DNA from: an uncultured Alistipes sp.
Lineage (GTDB): Bacteria; Bacteroidota; Bacteroidia; Bacteroidales; Rikenellaceae
DNA: 58,440 nucleotides
Reading direction: 5' to 3'
Assembly (NCBI GenBank): GCA_964370585.1
Contig: CAYJJV010000012.1
Coordinates: 1 to 58,440, forward strand
Part shown: in pieces, positions 30,751 to 41,839 of the stretch
Numbering within the stretch: position 1 is the first letter of the stretch
Layout of the letters: every line of letters starts with the position of its first letter
Translations under genes and position numbers: made by a program
Notes under the pieces: model-generated
Database searches by the model: none
What the model saw: only the letters and a program-made list of their open reading frames with translations
What the model was told of the DNA's origin: nothing

Positions 30751-31647
30751 TTATAGTGCAATCATATCGCCTAACACTCTATCCCACTCTTCGGGCTCAA
30801 ATGCAACTAAGCCCCCATTGTGATGGAATGTAAACTCGCCAAAATATATCCTCCCATCTATGTTGTAGAGATCAACCCTGAGGTGTGCGAACCCAGTTGA
30901 GAGTACCCGAGCAAGATTTATCATCTTATCGAGATTTTCTATCTTTGGGGCTCTTAGGTCGATCTCGTGCCCCTGCGATGAGAATGGTAGTCGGTTGAGT
31001 GATGTGTCGTAGTATGTAAAGTCTGCGTATGGCTTTACAAATCTGTTGGATGCGATGAAGAGTATCTTTGGCTCGCCCGAAAAGCAGAAGAATTTATAAT
31101 CTTTTAACTCGCCGCAGGTGGTATCGACCATATATTTCTCGGCGATTATTCTGGGTTTTACCCCCTTGTATGGATACTCCCTGCCCGCATAAAAGTAGTT
31201 TCGCCTTAGACTCCTACCAAGCCTTCGTTTGGCATAACCAAAATCGAATGTGCTCTTATCTCTGCATATTACGATGCTATCACTATCGTGTGTTGTCTTT
31301 AGGACAAATTGCGATGGGAGATGCTCGAAATTAATCTCATCAAAGCTACTCCACACCCCTAAAAGTGGGATTAGATAACGCTCTCCAATCCTCTCTCGAA
31401 TTAATTTGCGCACCTCATATTTATCAACCATCGTAGTGCAAATATCTGAGTTGTTTCTCAATTTGAGGTATTGAATCTTCTCTGTGAAACTCTTCGGGGA
31501 GGATAAATTTAACCTCCTACCCATCTTCAGATAGTATATCACGACAAGATAGAGCTCATCAGATTTTATATATCTTGATGCTCTCGTCCACACAGACAAC
31601 ATAAGTGCTCTGGGCGATATGATTTTAGCTGCAATTTTTCTATACAT
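30751..31647 (-). CDS. TupA-like ATP-grasp amidoligase
   Basis: 'PKSFTEKIQYLK', 'VDKYEVR', 'FVLKTTHDS', 'DYKFFCF', 'RVDLY...YFGEFTF'. Confidence 0.88.
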   Translation of the reverse strand: MYRKIAAKIISPRALMLSVWTRASRYIKSDELYLVVIYYLKMGRRLNLSSPKSFTEKIQYLKLRNNSDICTTMVDKYEVRKLIRERIGERYLIPLLGVWSSFDEINFEHLPSQFVLKTTHDSDSIVICRDKSTFDFGYAKRRLGRSLRRNYFYAGREYPYKGVKPRIIAEKYMVDTTCGELKDYKFFCFSGEPKILFIASNRFVKPYADFTYYDTSLNRLPFSSQGHEIDLRAPKIENLDKMINLARVLSTGFAHLRVDLYNIDGRIYFGEFTFHHNGGLVAFEPEEWDRVLGDMIAL

Positions 31648-32775
31648 TTAACCCAATTTATCGCTATATATCTCCATTAGATGCACTGTCGCTTGTGACG
31701 AATCGAACCCTTGTGCACGAATCTTGTCAATGGCTTTTGAATCTCGCTGCCACCTCTTAAAGCCTATAATTGCATCGACCCACATCTCGATAGGGGCGTT
31801 AAGGCTCATCATCTTAACACCACTCGAAAGAGCGATCTCACGAGTTATGCAATCCGATATAAGGCACGGCAACCCAGATGCTTGCGCCTCCAAAATTGTG
31901 CCCGGAAAGCCCTCCCACAGCGATGGCGAGAGTAGTAGATCCATTGCGAAGAGGTATTGAGCTACGCACTCTTGTCGCCCAACCATTATCACCGATTCGG
32001 TGATGGCTAACGCCTTGATTTGCGCTTCGATGTAGGGCATCAATGGACCATCACCAACGATAAGTAGCACGGCATCTGCTTCACGCCTCAGTAGTTCACG
32101 AAATATTGAGATGATAAATGGAGTATTCTTCGCTTCGGTCAAACGACACACATTGCCAACAACAAACCTATCGCCGAGCCCCAACTTTGAGCGCAGCTGC
32201 TCACGTTGCGAGGCATCGAACTCAAATTGCGATAGCTGCACACCGCTCCATAATATCTGCACCTCGCCTCTTGCCATTCGTTTCGTGCCAAAACCCCACT
32301 CCCCTGCCACTTGTGATACTGCAAGAAGTCGTGTTGCGTATCGTGGGGCTAAACTCTTCATTATGTTGTTCAACCACCTCTTCATTGCACCGCCATCGCT
32401 TCGGCTTGTGCGTGCGTGCAGAATTCGTTGTTTGACGCCATATTTTTTTGCGTAGTAGAGTACAAATAGCCCTGTGGTTAGCGAATGCGAGTGTACAACA
32501 TCGTAATCTCGATGCTTTTCAAATAGCCCCCTAACCGCTTTTATATAGCTGAAAAAGTTTTTGGGCGAGAATCGAGGGGTGTTATATACACTCCCCCCGA
32601 ATGCTCTAAATTTGGCGATATTTGCCGTGTCGTCGCTATTGTTGCTCTGCTTTAAGAGATCGAACTGCACACACTCCCTATCGATGTTGGCATACCAATC
32701 CAATAGACGTGACTCAATACCCCCGAACAAAAATCCGGGCACGAAGTGTAGCACCTTTATCCTTTTACTCGCCAT
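31648..32775 (-). CDS. GT4 glycosyltransferase (EpsF-like)
   Basis: 'GGIESRL', 'QFDLL', 'PSLWEGFPGTILEAQASGL'. Confidence 0.9.
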   Translation of the reverse strand: MASKRIKVLHFVPGFLFGGIESRLLDWYANIDRECVQFDLLKQSNNSDDTANIAKFRAFGGSVYNTPRFSPKNFFSYIKAVRGLFEKHRDYDVVHSHSLTTGLFVLYYAKKYGVKQRILHARTSRSDGGAMKRWLNNIMKSLAPRYATRLLAVSQVAGEWGFGTKRMARGEVQILWSGVQLSQFEFDASQREQLRSKLGLGDRFVVGNVCRLTEAKNTPFIISIFRELLRREADAVLLIVGDGPLMPYIEAQIKALAITESVIMVGRQECVAQYLFAMDLLLSPSLWEGFPGTILEAQASGLPCLISDCITREIALSSGVKMMSLNAPIEMWVDAIIGFKRWQRDSKAIDKIRAQGFDSSQATVHLMEIYSDKLG

Positions 32776-33862
32776 TTAGATAGAAATTCTCTAACCACAC
32801 AACGCAATCGCCCACCTCATATCCCGCACGGCGCACGGCATCAAACATATTACGACGTATGTAGTTGTTGTTGTACTTTAAAATCTGCTCGGCCCACGCC
32901 TGAGCTGTGTCGCTGAGCGATAGCTTGTGCGCCAACTCAGTAATCAAAGCCGCATCGGGCACATTATCCGATACAAATGTGTGTAGACCTGCGGCTTGAG
33001 CCTCAATAGCAACTATGCCTAACCCCTCGTGAAGCGAAGGTAGGATGAAGATGTCGAACGCCTGCATCAGCTCGTTTACATCCTCTCTTGCCCCTGCCAT
33101 TTGAACACAATCTTCAAGTTCGGCATCTGAAACTGTCATCTCTACCTGCTCAAAAATTGGCGAGCCCACACCAACAAGAATCAACTTTACGCTGCTATTG
33201 AGTTTGTGTGCCTCTTTGAAAATATCGATGATGAAGGTGTGATTTTTCTGTTCGTTGAATCGCCCAACGTGGCCTATCGTAAAGCTGTCGTCTAAGTTAA
33301 GCTCCTGCCGTTTTGCTCTGCGTAGCTCACTATTGAATGTAAAGCGCTTAACATCAATAGCGTTGTTTACCACAATAAAATCACGCTTGCCAAAGAAGTA
33401 CTCTCCCGCATCCACACTGCAAGCAAATCTGTCGGTTGTATATCTATTCGCTTTGCGGCGCATATATCTAACGAATAGTCGTGTGACGATGTTAAATGCT
33501 GGACTTGATGTGTTGTGGCTGTGAAGAATTCGCCTCGCAATCCCCTCTCGCTTGATTATGGGCAGAAAAATGCCAGCTATCGAGTAGAGATGAATATGTG
33601 CCGTGCCCCACTCAGGATGCTCTCTGAGTAGCGCTCTCCAAGCTCGTCGATACCCAAAAATATTGTAGCCCTTAAATCGTGGGAGTCTGTAGACTCGACC
33701 TCCAAGTGACACAATCTCCCGTTGATATATATCCTCTGTCGAGCAGTGGGTTATAAAATCAAATTGTAGCCTATCACGGTCGATATGACGATAATAGTTC
33801 ATTATCATCGTCTCGGCACCACCCATTGCAAGGCTACCAAAGATGTGTACGACTCTGTTCAT
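32765..33862 (-). CDS. GT4 glycosyltransferase (EpsF-like)
   Basis: 'GGAETMIMNYYR', 'GHVGRFNEQKNH', 'PSLHEGLGIVAIEAQ'. Confidence 0.9.
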   Translation of the reverse strand: MNRVVHIFGSLAMGGAETMIMNYYRHIDRDRLQFDFITHCSTEDIYQREIVSLGGRVYRLPRFKGYNIFGYRRAWRALLREHPEWGTAHIHLYSIAGIFLPIIKREGIARRILHSHNTSSPAFNIVTRLFVRYMRRKANRYTTDRFACSVDAGEYFFGKRDFIVVNNAIDVKRFTFNSELRRAKRQELNLDDSFTIGHVGRFNEQKNHTFIIDIFKEAHKLNSSVKLILVGVGSPIFEQVEMTVSDAELEDCVQMAGAREDVNELMQAFDIFILPSLHEGLGIVAIEAQAAGLHTFVSDNVPDAALITELAHKLSLSDTAQAWAEQILKYNNNYIRRNMFDAVRRAGYEVGDCVVWLENFYLNGE

Positions 33863-35036
33863 ATTCTCTCTTGTTAATTGTACTCACAGCAAATAGTAGT
33901 ACGATTACTGGAATTAGTTTAGCACGATGTCTGAAGGCTGTACCCGCATTTTTAGTGCCATAACCAAATATAAATGTAATAGTTAGGAGTAGAATTATCA
34001 GATACTTTTTCAGACTCTTTGTCACAGATGTTGTCGCCCTATATCTATACGCTGCCGAGCAAAGAGCCAAATATACAACTCCATCGATTAAAAAACCTGC
34101 AACATCGCTCAATCGTCGCCACTCGGTTGGCAGAGGCGAAAATAGCAGATAGATTATCTTTAGCGGAGCAATGAGCAGGCCCATAGCCACGCTATCGACA
34201 CGAATCCAAGTCAAGTAGTCGCTATTGCCACCACCCGCTGCATTGGTTGCGCTAACAATATCTTCGACTGTGCTGTATGCGGCAAATTTGCTTGTAAATA
34301 TACCTATATATGAACTAATAGCGACCCCAATAATTACCATAAGAGCGAGTGCCGTGATGCTCTGTTTTGAGATTGTTATTCGCATTGCCTTAGGGTTGTA
34401 GGTGATAAACGCCACAGCATAACCCGCAATAAGCCCAATCACCCCAGCGTGCATATAGGCTCCACCCAATACACTGGCGATGGTTAGAGATATGTAGGCG
34501 CTTCGCCCCGTAAGAAACCACTTTATGAATAGGTATAACGAGAGGGCAACAAAAAACTCAATCCAAGCCTCACGAAGCAGTATCGCCGAGAAGATATTTA
34601 GGTTGGGCAGAAATGCAACTACACAGATGGCAATCAATGCGTTGCGCCTACCCACTCCCAATATCTTGATCGTGCTCTGCACAAGCAGAATAACCCCCAT
34701 CCCAAATAGCACATTTAGATATTGTGCCAACATTCGGGAGTTGCCATTTAGTTGATATACAAACGTGAGCAGATCTGCATAGGCACCCCTTTCAACCCGT
34801 ATCAATGATGTTGCGTTGTTTATGGCAGCTCTGTGGAAGCTCTCTGAGTCTGCCCCCGAATTTGGAATATCAAACCAGTCGTAGTAGTCGGCAAAGAGCA
34901 TAATGAGCCGTAGAGTGTATCCCAATAGGAGTATATTGCGAAACTCCAACCCCCTTTTGCCATATATATAGCAAAATATGAGTAGAGAGGCTGCAAAAAT
35001 TAGAGCTATTGAGAAGCTATCAGATAGTGCGTGCAT
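33834..35036 (-). CDS. wzy: Probable Wzy polysaccharide polymerase
   Basis: Polytopic membrane protein in the locus; 'LLREAW', 'NAGTAFRHR'; assigned by topology and context. Confidence 0.65.
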   Translation of the reverse strand: MHALSDSFSIALIFAASLLIFCYIYGKRGLEFRNILLLGYTLRLIMLFADYYDWFDIPNSGADSESFHRAAINNATSLIRVERGAYADLLTFVYQLNGNSRMLAQYLNVLFGMGVILLVQSTIKILGVGRRNALIAICVVAFLPNLNIFSAILLREAWIEFFVALSLYLFIKWFLTGRSAYISLTIASVLGGAYMHAGVIGLIAGYAVAFITYNPKAMRITISKQSITALALMVIIGVAISSYIGIFTSKFAAYSTVEDIVSATNAAGGGNSDYLTWIRVDSVAMGLLIAPLKIIYLLFSPLPTEWRRLSDVAGFLIDGVVYLALCSAAYRYRATTSVTKSLKKYLIILLLTITFIFGYGTKNAGTAFRHRAKLIPVIVLLFAVSTINKREYEQSRTHLW

Positions 35037-35054
35037 TGTGTTAGTTTCAAATGC

Positions 35055-37397
35055 CTATTTACCCTCCCCTTCGTCGTTACCATATCCGTAGCCATAGCCA
35101 TACCCCGTAGCGCTATTATCGACATCGGTTATGAGAAGAGTCGCTTTTTTGACTCTACTCTCGGTTGTGAGCTTTTCGAGTTCAGGCAGCAGTTTTTTTT
35201 GCGCCATCCCTAATCGCAACACCCACACCGTAATATCTGCTATGCTGTTTATGATTTGGCTATCAGCAACGGCGAAGAATGGTGCCGTATCCAAGATTAT
35301 GTAGTCGTAACGCTCTCTTAGTGTGGCAATCATACTCCTGAATCGAGCGCTTGATAGCAGTCCAACAGCATTTGGAGCGAGTGTTCCAGCATTGATAAAA
35401 TCGAGAGAAGAGTCCAGAGCATCAGTTGTGATTATTGCATCCAAATCTTGCTCATTCCCACTAAGATAGGTGGTCAAACCCCTACTCTTTATACCTTCAG
35501 TTTCGATAATCTTACTTAGCCCTCGCCGCCTCAAATCGAGGTCAATAAGCAATGTCCTACTACCCGTTTGTGCAGTCGTCAAAGCCAAATTCAATGACGA
35601 AAAGGTCTTACCCTCGCCCGATATCGAGGAGGTGAACTGAATGATAGCAGCCCTCGTGTTGTTGGGCTTAATATCGAAGAAATTTAGGTTGCTGCGTACC
35701 ACTCGAAATGACTCCGAAAGGGGGTCACGAGCGCTCTCTGCGACGATAATGTCGCTATCTGCCTGCTCCTTGCTCTTCTTGGGTATTGTCCCCAAAATTG
35801 GCAGAGAGCTGTGAGCTTCAATATCGCTTTTGGTTCTAATTTTATTGTCGAGGCTCGCCCTAATAAATAGAGTGAGCGCTGGCAGTAGAAAACCAATCAA
35901 CGCTGCCACAAGCATAATCATAGGTGTGTTGGGGGCAATCTCTCCAACAAGGGCACGTGCGGGCTCTAAAATGGTGGTGTTTGACTTGGTGACGGCAAGT
36001 TGTAAAGCGTTGGTTTCTCGCTTGTTAAGTAGATATAGATAAAGTTGTTCTTTAATTGACTGTTCACGCATTACATCTTTGACAATCATCTCCTTTACGG
36101 GCACTGATGTGAGCCTTGCATTGAGATTGGAGAGCTCGCCATCGAGAATTTTCATCTGCTCTTCGAGGCTCCGAACAACGCTTTTAATCGCAATTAGAAT
36201 ATTGCTGCGTGCCGTCTCAATATCGCCTTTTAATCGAATCAGGATGGGATTTTTTCCTCCCGATGCCCTCTCTAACTCCCCCAGTTTTAATAGCAGTGAG
36301 TTGTATATATCAATCTGCTCCTCGACTCCAAGTTCGGCAAAGAGGTAGTTGGAGAGGATTAAATCTTGATTCTCATCCCCATCCCCAATTTGATTGCTAA
36401 CCCCCTCAATTAGTAACATCTGCATATTGAGCTCACGTTTTGAGTGCTGAATCTCCGCAATCCGTTGTAAGGCATTAGATGAGATGTTGTCCGTGCTAAC
36501 AATTCTATTCTCTTGTTTGAAATCGGCAATCTGCTCATCAACTTCTCCTAATTCACTATATATTAGGGCAATTCGTTCGGCAATAAACTCTTCGGTGTTT
36601 TGTGCTACTTTGCTTCTCTGGTCAATCACAGCCTCATCATACACCTCAATTAGGGTGTTGAGAATCTGCTCGCCTCGTGTGATATTATTGTCGCTGATGG
36701 ATAGCACGATAGCACCTGTCGCCCTATCTGTACGCCCAACGAAGAGCTTGGCAAGTAGCTCATTTGCAACCGAGAGCTTATCTCGCCGAGTCACCTGAAT
36801 GATGTTTTCGGTGAAACCATTACCAAAATTTGCGGTTGGTGTTACGATAAATCGACTACTATTCAGTGTAACGCTATCCCCAAGATTGGCACTCATTGCA
36901 TCATCAAAGCTATCGGTTGTGGCAACTCTATAGTGTTGTGGCGATACTATCTCGATGAAAATGGTTTGATTGCTTACGCTATTTTCATCGAGCCAAGTGA
37001 CAAAAATTGGGCTTCTTGAGTATATATCCGCCTCACGAAGTAGAGGCTTTACCTTATACTGCGTAGTGAGTCCCAGACGCTCTACTGTCTTAAGCATCAA
37101 AGATGAAGATTTGAGCGCCATAATCTCATTATCGACCGAACTAATGGAGCTGGTGATACCCATATCTGAAAATATCGCCTCTTCAGATATACCGCTCGAT
37201 GATGTGGCACTATCTCTGAGCAGTATCAGTGCGCTGATGCCATACTCATAACTTATTGTCTTTGTGTATAGATAGCCGATGCCAATAGCTAAAGCCATTG
37301 AGATTGCGAACCAATACCAATATCGCATAAGTTGGTGCAGAATCTCGACAAGAGGTGCTGTTGCAGGCGAAGTTTTAACTATACTACTATTATCCAT
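35055..37397 (-). CDS. wzc: Wzc tyrosine autokinase/co-polymerase
   Basis: Two TMs; 'ESFRVVRSN', Walker A 'SGEGKT', 'DLDLR', C-terminal 'GYGYGYGYG'. Confidence 0.93.
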   Translation of the reverse strand: MDNSSIVKTSPATAPLVEILHQLMRYWYWFAISMALAIGIGYLYTKTISYEYGISALILLRDSATSSSGISEEAIFSDMGITSSISSVDNEIMALKSSSLMLKTVERLGLTTQYKVKPLLREADIYSRSPIFVTWLDENSVSNQTIFIEIVSPQHYRVATTDSFDDAMSANLGDSVTLNSSRFIVTPTANFGNGFTENIIQVTRRDKLSVANELLAKLFVGRTDRATGAIVLSISDNNITRGEQILNTLIEVYDEAVIDQRSKVAQNTEEFIAERIALIYSELGEVDEQIADFKQENRIVSTDNISSNALQRIAEIQHSKRELNMQMLLIEGVSNQIGDGDENQDLILSNYLFAELGVEEQIDIYNSLLLKLGELERASGGKNPILIRLKGDIETARSNILIAIKSVVRSLEEQMKILDGELSNLNARLTSVPVKEMIVKDVMREQSIKEQLYLYLLNKRETNALQLAVTKSNTTILEPARALVGEIAPNTPMIMLVAALIGFLLPALTLFIRASLDNKIRTKSDIEAHSSLPILGTIPKKSKEQADSDIIVAESARDPLSESFRVVRSNLNFFDIKPNNTRAAIIQFTSSISGEGKTFSSLNLALTTAQTGSRTLLIDLDLRRRGLSKIIETEGIKSRGLTTYLSGNEQDLDAIITTDALDSSLDFINAGTLAPNAVGLLSSARFRSMIATLRERYDYIILDTAPFFAVADSQIINSIADITVWVLRLGMAQKKLLPELEKLTTESRVKKATLLITDVDNSATGYGYGYGYGNDEGEGK

Positions 37398-37410
37398 TGC
37401 AAGGGTGTGT

Positions 37411-38187
37411 TTATAGTAGAGTAAAGAGTGTTATAGCTGACAGGATAACAGATAGGATTGTTGCACTGTTTCGTGTTGTTTCGGGGCGTGATGTGCTTGC
37501 TCGTTGAGCCTTCCTATTGGGTTGAATATAGATAATATCGTTAGGCTGCAGGTAGTAGAACTCAGATGCAAAGACCTCGTCGGTATGCAGATTGACCTTG
37601 CCAATGGTGCGCACGCCATCGCTCTCACGCACCACAGAGACATCTCGAAGACCCATTATCGACATATCGCCCGCCATACTCAACGCCTCAAATATTGAAA
37701 CTCTATCGCTCTTTATCTCAAGAACTTGGGCATCAATCTCGCCGAGCATCGTCACCTTAAAATTATCTAATCGCACCCTAACAACTGCATCGTTGATATA
37801 TCCGCCCTCTTTGATTAGCTTCTCAATGTGTGTTGCTAACTCTTTGTGAGTCATTCTTTCGACTTGTATCGACCCTAAAATTGGCATCGTAATCTCACCA
37901 TCGGAATTGACCAAATATTGTGCTATGCGTTCACTCTCAGCGTCGGGCGAGGTTGAGTCGTCGGTAGTGGTAGCCGAAGAGGAGCTATACTGCATAAATG
38001 GCTCAACGAGCTCGGGCGAGTGGCTGGCAATCGAGATTGAGAGGAGGTCATCCTTCTGTATGCGAAGTTCGTAATTTTGTTCAATCACACTCTCACCGAG
38101 TGGAGCGTTCTGAAAATATATCAACTCACGCTTCGAGGCGCACGAACATAGCGCAAACATTGTAATGATAAGAGGTATATATCTCAT
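37411..38187 (-). CDS. wza: Wza polysaccharide export lipoprotein
   Basis: Lipobox 'LCSC'; 'IQKDDLLSI', 'EALSMAGD', 'YYLQPNDIIYI'. Confidence 0.9.
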   Translation of the reverse strand: MRYIPLIITMFALCSCASKRELIYFQNAPLGESVIEQNYELRIQKDDLLSISIASHSPELVEPFMQYSSSSATTTDDSTSPDAESERIAQYLVNSDGEITMPILGSIQVERMTHKELATHIEKLIKEGGYINDAVVRVRLDNFKVTMLGEIDAQVLEIKSDRVSIFEALSMAGDMSIMGLRDVSVVRESDGVRTIGKVNLHTDEVFASEFYYLQPNDIIYIQPNRKAQRASTSRPETTRNSATILSVILSAITLFTLL

Positions 38188-38200
38188 AGTGTGCGAATGT

Positions 38201-39469
38201 CTAAAGTTTTGCATCTATTAGCCCATTTGATAGAATCCACTTAGCATCATAGAGGAGTGCATTCTCAGCTTTTAGTGCCTCAATATCAATTTTTTTGAAC
38301 TCCTCGTGGGCAACCGCCACAACAATCGCATCATAACTTAGTGTCGGTAATTGGTTGGTAATCTGGAGTCCATACTCCTGCTTGACCTCTAAAATCGATG
38401 CGTAAGGGTCGTAAATCGTAATATCAACCCCATACTCATCGAGCGCTTTGACTATATCGACCACCTTCGTGTTGCGAACATCAGGGCAGTTCTCTTTAAA
38501 GGTAATGCCACACACCAAAATCTTAGCCCCTAAGATATTTATCGCCCTTTTAATCATCAACTTAATCAACTCTGAGGCGATATATCTACCCATCGAGTCG
38601 TTAATTCTACGCCCTGCAAGGATTATCTCGGGGTTGTATCCATATCGCTGTGCGCACTGGGCCAAGTAGTATGGATCAACGCCAATGCAGTGCCCGCCAA
38701 CCAATCCGGGACGAAACGGCAGGAAGTTCCACTTTGTGCCTGCAGCCTCCAACACAGCCTGCGTGTCGATGCCCATTAAGTTAAATATCTTCGAGAGCTC
38801 ATTTACAAATGCTATATTTATATCACGTTGAGAGTTCTCGATGACCTTAGCAGCTTCAGCCACCTTAATTGTGGGTGCGAGGTGTGTTCCAGCCTCAATA
38901 ACTGAGCTATACACCCCATCTATTACCCTCCCAATCTCGGGTGTTGAGCCCGATGTTACCTTTTTAATCTTATCGACAGTGTGTAGCCTGTCACCGGGAT
39001 TGATGCGCTCGGGAGAGTAGCCAGCAAAGAGATCGACATTGAGTTTTAAGCCCGACACACGCTCCACAACTGGGATACACTCATCCTCCGTTACACCTGG
39101 ATAGACGGTCGATTCATAGACCACAATATCCCCTTTTGAGACCACCTTGCCAACGCTCTCGCTCGCCTTGATTAATGGCGTGAGGTCGGGAGAGTTATCC
39201 CTATCCACTGGCGTGGGCACGGTAATAATATAGAAATTACAATCTCGGATGCACTCCAAATCGTTGCTACACACAAAGTTATGCTGGTCGATAGCCTCTT
39301 TGAGTGTGTCACTATCAACCTCTAAAGTTGAATCAACACCTGCCATTAGCTCATCGACACGCTCTTTGTTGATGTCGAAACCTACGGTTTTGTACCTTGT
39401 TGAGAGTAGACGTGCAAGAGGTAAGCCCACATAGCCCAGACCTATTACAGCAATCTTAATATTGCCCAT
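38201..39469 (-). CDS. wbpO: UDP-N-acetylhexosamine 6-dehydrogenase (WbpO/TviB type)
   Basis: 'GLGYVG', 'ESTVYPG', 'SPERINPGD', 'ENSQRDINIA', 'GGHCIGVDP'. Confidence 0.88.
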   Translation of the reverse strand: MGNIKIAVIGLGYVGLPLARLLSTRYKTVGFDINKERVDELMAGVDSTLEVDSDTLKEAIDQHNFVCSNDLECIRDCNFYIITVPTPVDRDNSPDLTPLIKASESVGKVVSKGDIVVYESTVYPGVTEDECIPVVERVSGLKLNVDLFAGYSPERINPGDRLHTVDKIKKVTSGSTPEIGRVIDGVYSSVIEAGTHLAPTIKVAEAAKVIENSQRDINIAFVNELSKIFNLMGIDTQAVLEAAGTKWNFLPFRPGLVGGHCIGVDPYYLAQCAQRYGYNPEIILAGRRINDSMGRYIASELIKLMIKRAINILGAKILVCGITFKENCPDVRNTKVVDIVKALDEYGVDITIYDPYASILEVKQEYGLQITNQLPTLSYDAIVVAVAHEEFKKIDIEALKAENALLYDAKWILSNGLIDAKL

Positions 39470-39488
39470 TAGTATGTGATTATTCTGT

Positions 39489-40454
39489 TTATCCCAAATT
39501 GTTCCAGTACCACTCAACTGCCTCACGTAACCCATCACGCAGTGTGTACTCGGGAGAATAACCTAACAATTTTCGTGCCTTTTCGACACTTGCTAATGAA
39601 TGTGCAATATCGCCCACCCTATTTTCGCCATAGGTGGGCTCGATTTTGACTATCTCGGCATCATATTGACTGAGATGCTCTTTGATATACCCCACCAGCT
39701 CGTTTAGAGTCGTGCGCTCGCCAAATGCGGTGTTGTATACCTCGTTGATAGCTTCGGGTAGAGTGGTTTGGATAGCCAATAGGTTCATCTGCACCACATT
39801 TTTGATATATGTAAAGTCACGACTATACTCACCATCGCCATTGATGTTGGGAGCTTCGTGATTCATAAATTTCTTAACAAAGAGCGGAATGACCGCTGCA
39901 TAAGCGCCATTTGGATCTTGTCGTTTGCCGAAAACATTGAAGTATCGCAACCCGATACACTCCATATTATATGTGCGAGCAAAGACATCGGCATATAGCT
40001 CATTTACATACTTTGTCACGGCATAGGGCGATATAGGTCTGCCTATTTGATCTTCGACTTTTGGCAGTGATGCGCTATCGCCATATGTTGATGAGCTTGC
40101 GGCATAGATAAAGCGCTTAACGCCTGCATCACGTGCCGCAACCAGCATATTTATAAAGCCGCCAACATTAACCTCGTTGGTAGTTACAGGGTCTTTAATT
40201 GAGCGTGGTACCGAACCCAAAGCCGCCTCGTGCAGGATATAATCTACACCCTCGACAGCTACTCGGCAATCCTCCATCGAGCGAATATCGCCCTCGATGA
40301 GCTTAAAGTTTGGATTGCTAAGAAATGGCTCGATATTGTGGCGGTGGCCAGTCGAGAAGTTATCCAGACATACCACTCTATCACCCCTCTCTAAGAGTGC
40401 TTCGCAGAGGTTTGAACCGATAAAACCCGCCCCGCCAGTAACCAAGACTCTCAT
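39489..40454 (-). CDS. wbpP: UDP-GlcNAc(A) 4-epimerase (WbpP/TviC type)
   Basis: '[11 protein letters not shown]', 'YAVTK', '[13 protein letters not shown]'. Confidence 0.9.
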   Translation of the reverse strand: MRVLVTGGAGFIGSNLCEALLERGDRVVCLDNFSTGHRHNIEPFLSNPNFKLIEGDIRSMEDCRVAVEGVDYILHEAALGSVPRSIKDPVTTNEVNVGGFINMLVAARDAGVKRFIYAASSSTYGDSASLPKVEDQIGRPISPYAVTKYVNELYADVFARTYNMECIGLRYFNVFGKRQDPNGAYAAVIPLFVKKFMNHEAPNINGDGEYSRDFTYIKNVVQMNLLAIQTTLPEAINEVYNTAFGERTTLNELVGYIKEHLSQYDAEIVKIEPTYGENRVGDIAHSLASVEKARKLLGYSPEYTLRDGLREAVEWYWNNLG

Positions 40455-40467
40455 CTGTTTGCGTTTT

Positions 40468-41775
40468 TTAACCTATTCTTGTGTAGTTTATGCCCTCTAT
40501 CTCGCCACGATCATATAGGTTGCGCCCATCAATCAATATAGCATTTTCAGCCATCGAGCGTGCAACAACCTCCCAAGCGGGGACTCTAAACTGCTTCCAC
40601 TCGGTTAGCAGGATAAGCGCATCGGCATCCAAAACAGCATCATACATATCTAAAGCGTACTCCACCGTATTGCCCACACGGCGCTTACACTCAGCCATCG
40701 CCACCGGGTCGTAGACCTTGACCGTGCAGCCCGCCTTGAGGAGCAGATCGATAACAACGAGCGAGGTCGCCTCACGCATATCATCCGTATCGGGCTTGAA
40801 GGCTAAACCCCATAGAGCTACCCTTTTGCCTGCAAGGTTGCCACCGTAATATGCGTTTAACTTATTGAAAACCACCTTTTTTTGCTCTTCGTTTACCTCG
40901 TCCACCGATTTTAATACACGCATCTCGTAGCCTTTAGCTTCGGCACTCTTAATCAATGCCTTGACATCCTTCGGGAAGCACGAACCGCCATATCCACAGC
41001 CGGGATATAGGAATTTACTCCCGATGCGGCTATCAGAGCCAATACCCTTGCGTACCATATCGACATCTGCACCCACAATCTCGCACAGATTGGCAATATC
41101 GTTCATAAACGAGATGCGTGTTGCCAACATCGAATTGGCAGCATACTTAATCATCTCGGCAGATGGAATATCGGTAAATATCACTCGGAAGTTGTTGATT
41201 AAAAATGGGCGATACAGCGTGGTCATCAGCGCCTTAGCACGCTCCGACTCGACACCTACGACCACCCTGTCGGGCGACATAAAATCCTTGATTGCGGCAC
41301 CCTCTTTCAGGAATTCGGGGTTAGACACAACATCGAATGGGATATTGACCCCACGTGCATCCAACTCCTCTTGAATCGCCTCCTTGACACGCTGTGCTGT
41401 GCCCACTGGGACAGTCGATTTGGTCACCAAAATGGTGTATTTGTTGATGTTGCGCCCAAATGTGCGAGCCACCTCCAACACATAGCTCAAATCGGCACTT
41501 CCATCCTCATCGGGAGGTGTGCCTACGGCCGAGAATACCACCTCGACACTATCCAAAACTGACAATAGGTCGGTGGTGAAGTGCAGACGCTTTTCGGCAT
41601 AGTTGCGAGCCACCATCTCCTTTAGTCCGGGCTCATAGATTGGTATTTCGCCATTTACGAGCGCCTCAATCTTCTGTGTATCAATATCCACGCAGGTTAC
41701 ATTTATGCCCATCTCGGCAAAACATACACCCGACACTAAACCCACGTAACCCGTACCAACAACCGCTATATCCAT
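40468..41775 (-). CDS. ugd: UDP-glucose 6-dehydrogenase
   Basis: 'GTGYVG', 'SNPEFLKEG', '[10 protein letters not shown]', '[11 protein letters not shown]'. Confidence 0.95.
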   Translation of the reverse strand: MDIAVVGTGYVGLVSGVCFAEMGINVTCVDIDTQKIEALVNGEIPIYEPGLKEMVARNYAEKRLHFTTDLLSVLDSVEVVFSAVGTPPDEDGSADLSYVLEVARTFGRNINKYTILVTKSTVPVGTAQRVKEAIQEELDARGVNIPFDVVSNPEFLKEGAAIKDFMSPDRVVVGVESERAKALMTTLYRPFLINNFRVIFTDIPSAEMIKYAANSMLATRISFMNDIANLCEIVGADVDMVRKGIGSDSRIGSKFLYPGCGYGGSCFPKDVKALIKSAEAKGYEMRVLKSVDEVNEEQKKVVFNKLNAYYGGNLAGKRVALWGLAFKPDTDDMREATSLVVIDLLLKAGCTVKVYDPVAMAECKRRVGNTVEYALDMYDAVLDADALILLTEWKQFRVPAWEVVARSMAENAILIDGRNLYDRGEIEGINYTRIG

Positions 41776-41831
41776 ACTTATATTTTTTGATATTGTATAT
41801 TTTGAGTGATTTTACAAAAGAATCACAATGA

Positions 41832-41839
41832 CAAAAGTA
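41832..41839 (-). promoter_or_regulatory. -7 promoter element of the capsule operon
   Basis: TACTTTTG on the minus strand ~57 bp upstream of ugd. Confidence 0.5.

Noticed and set aside
35078..35107. Short hexamer repeats at the end of wzc
   Set aside because: They encode the normal GY tyrosine cluster
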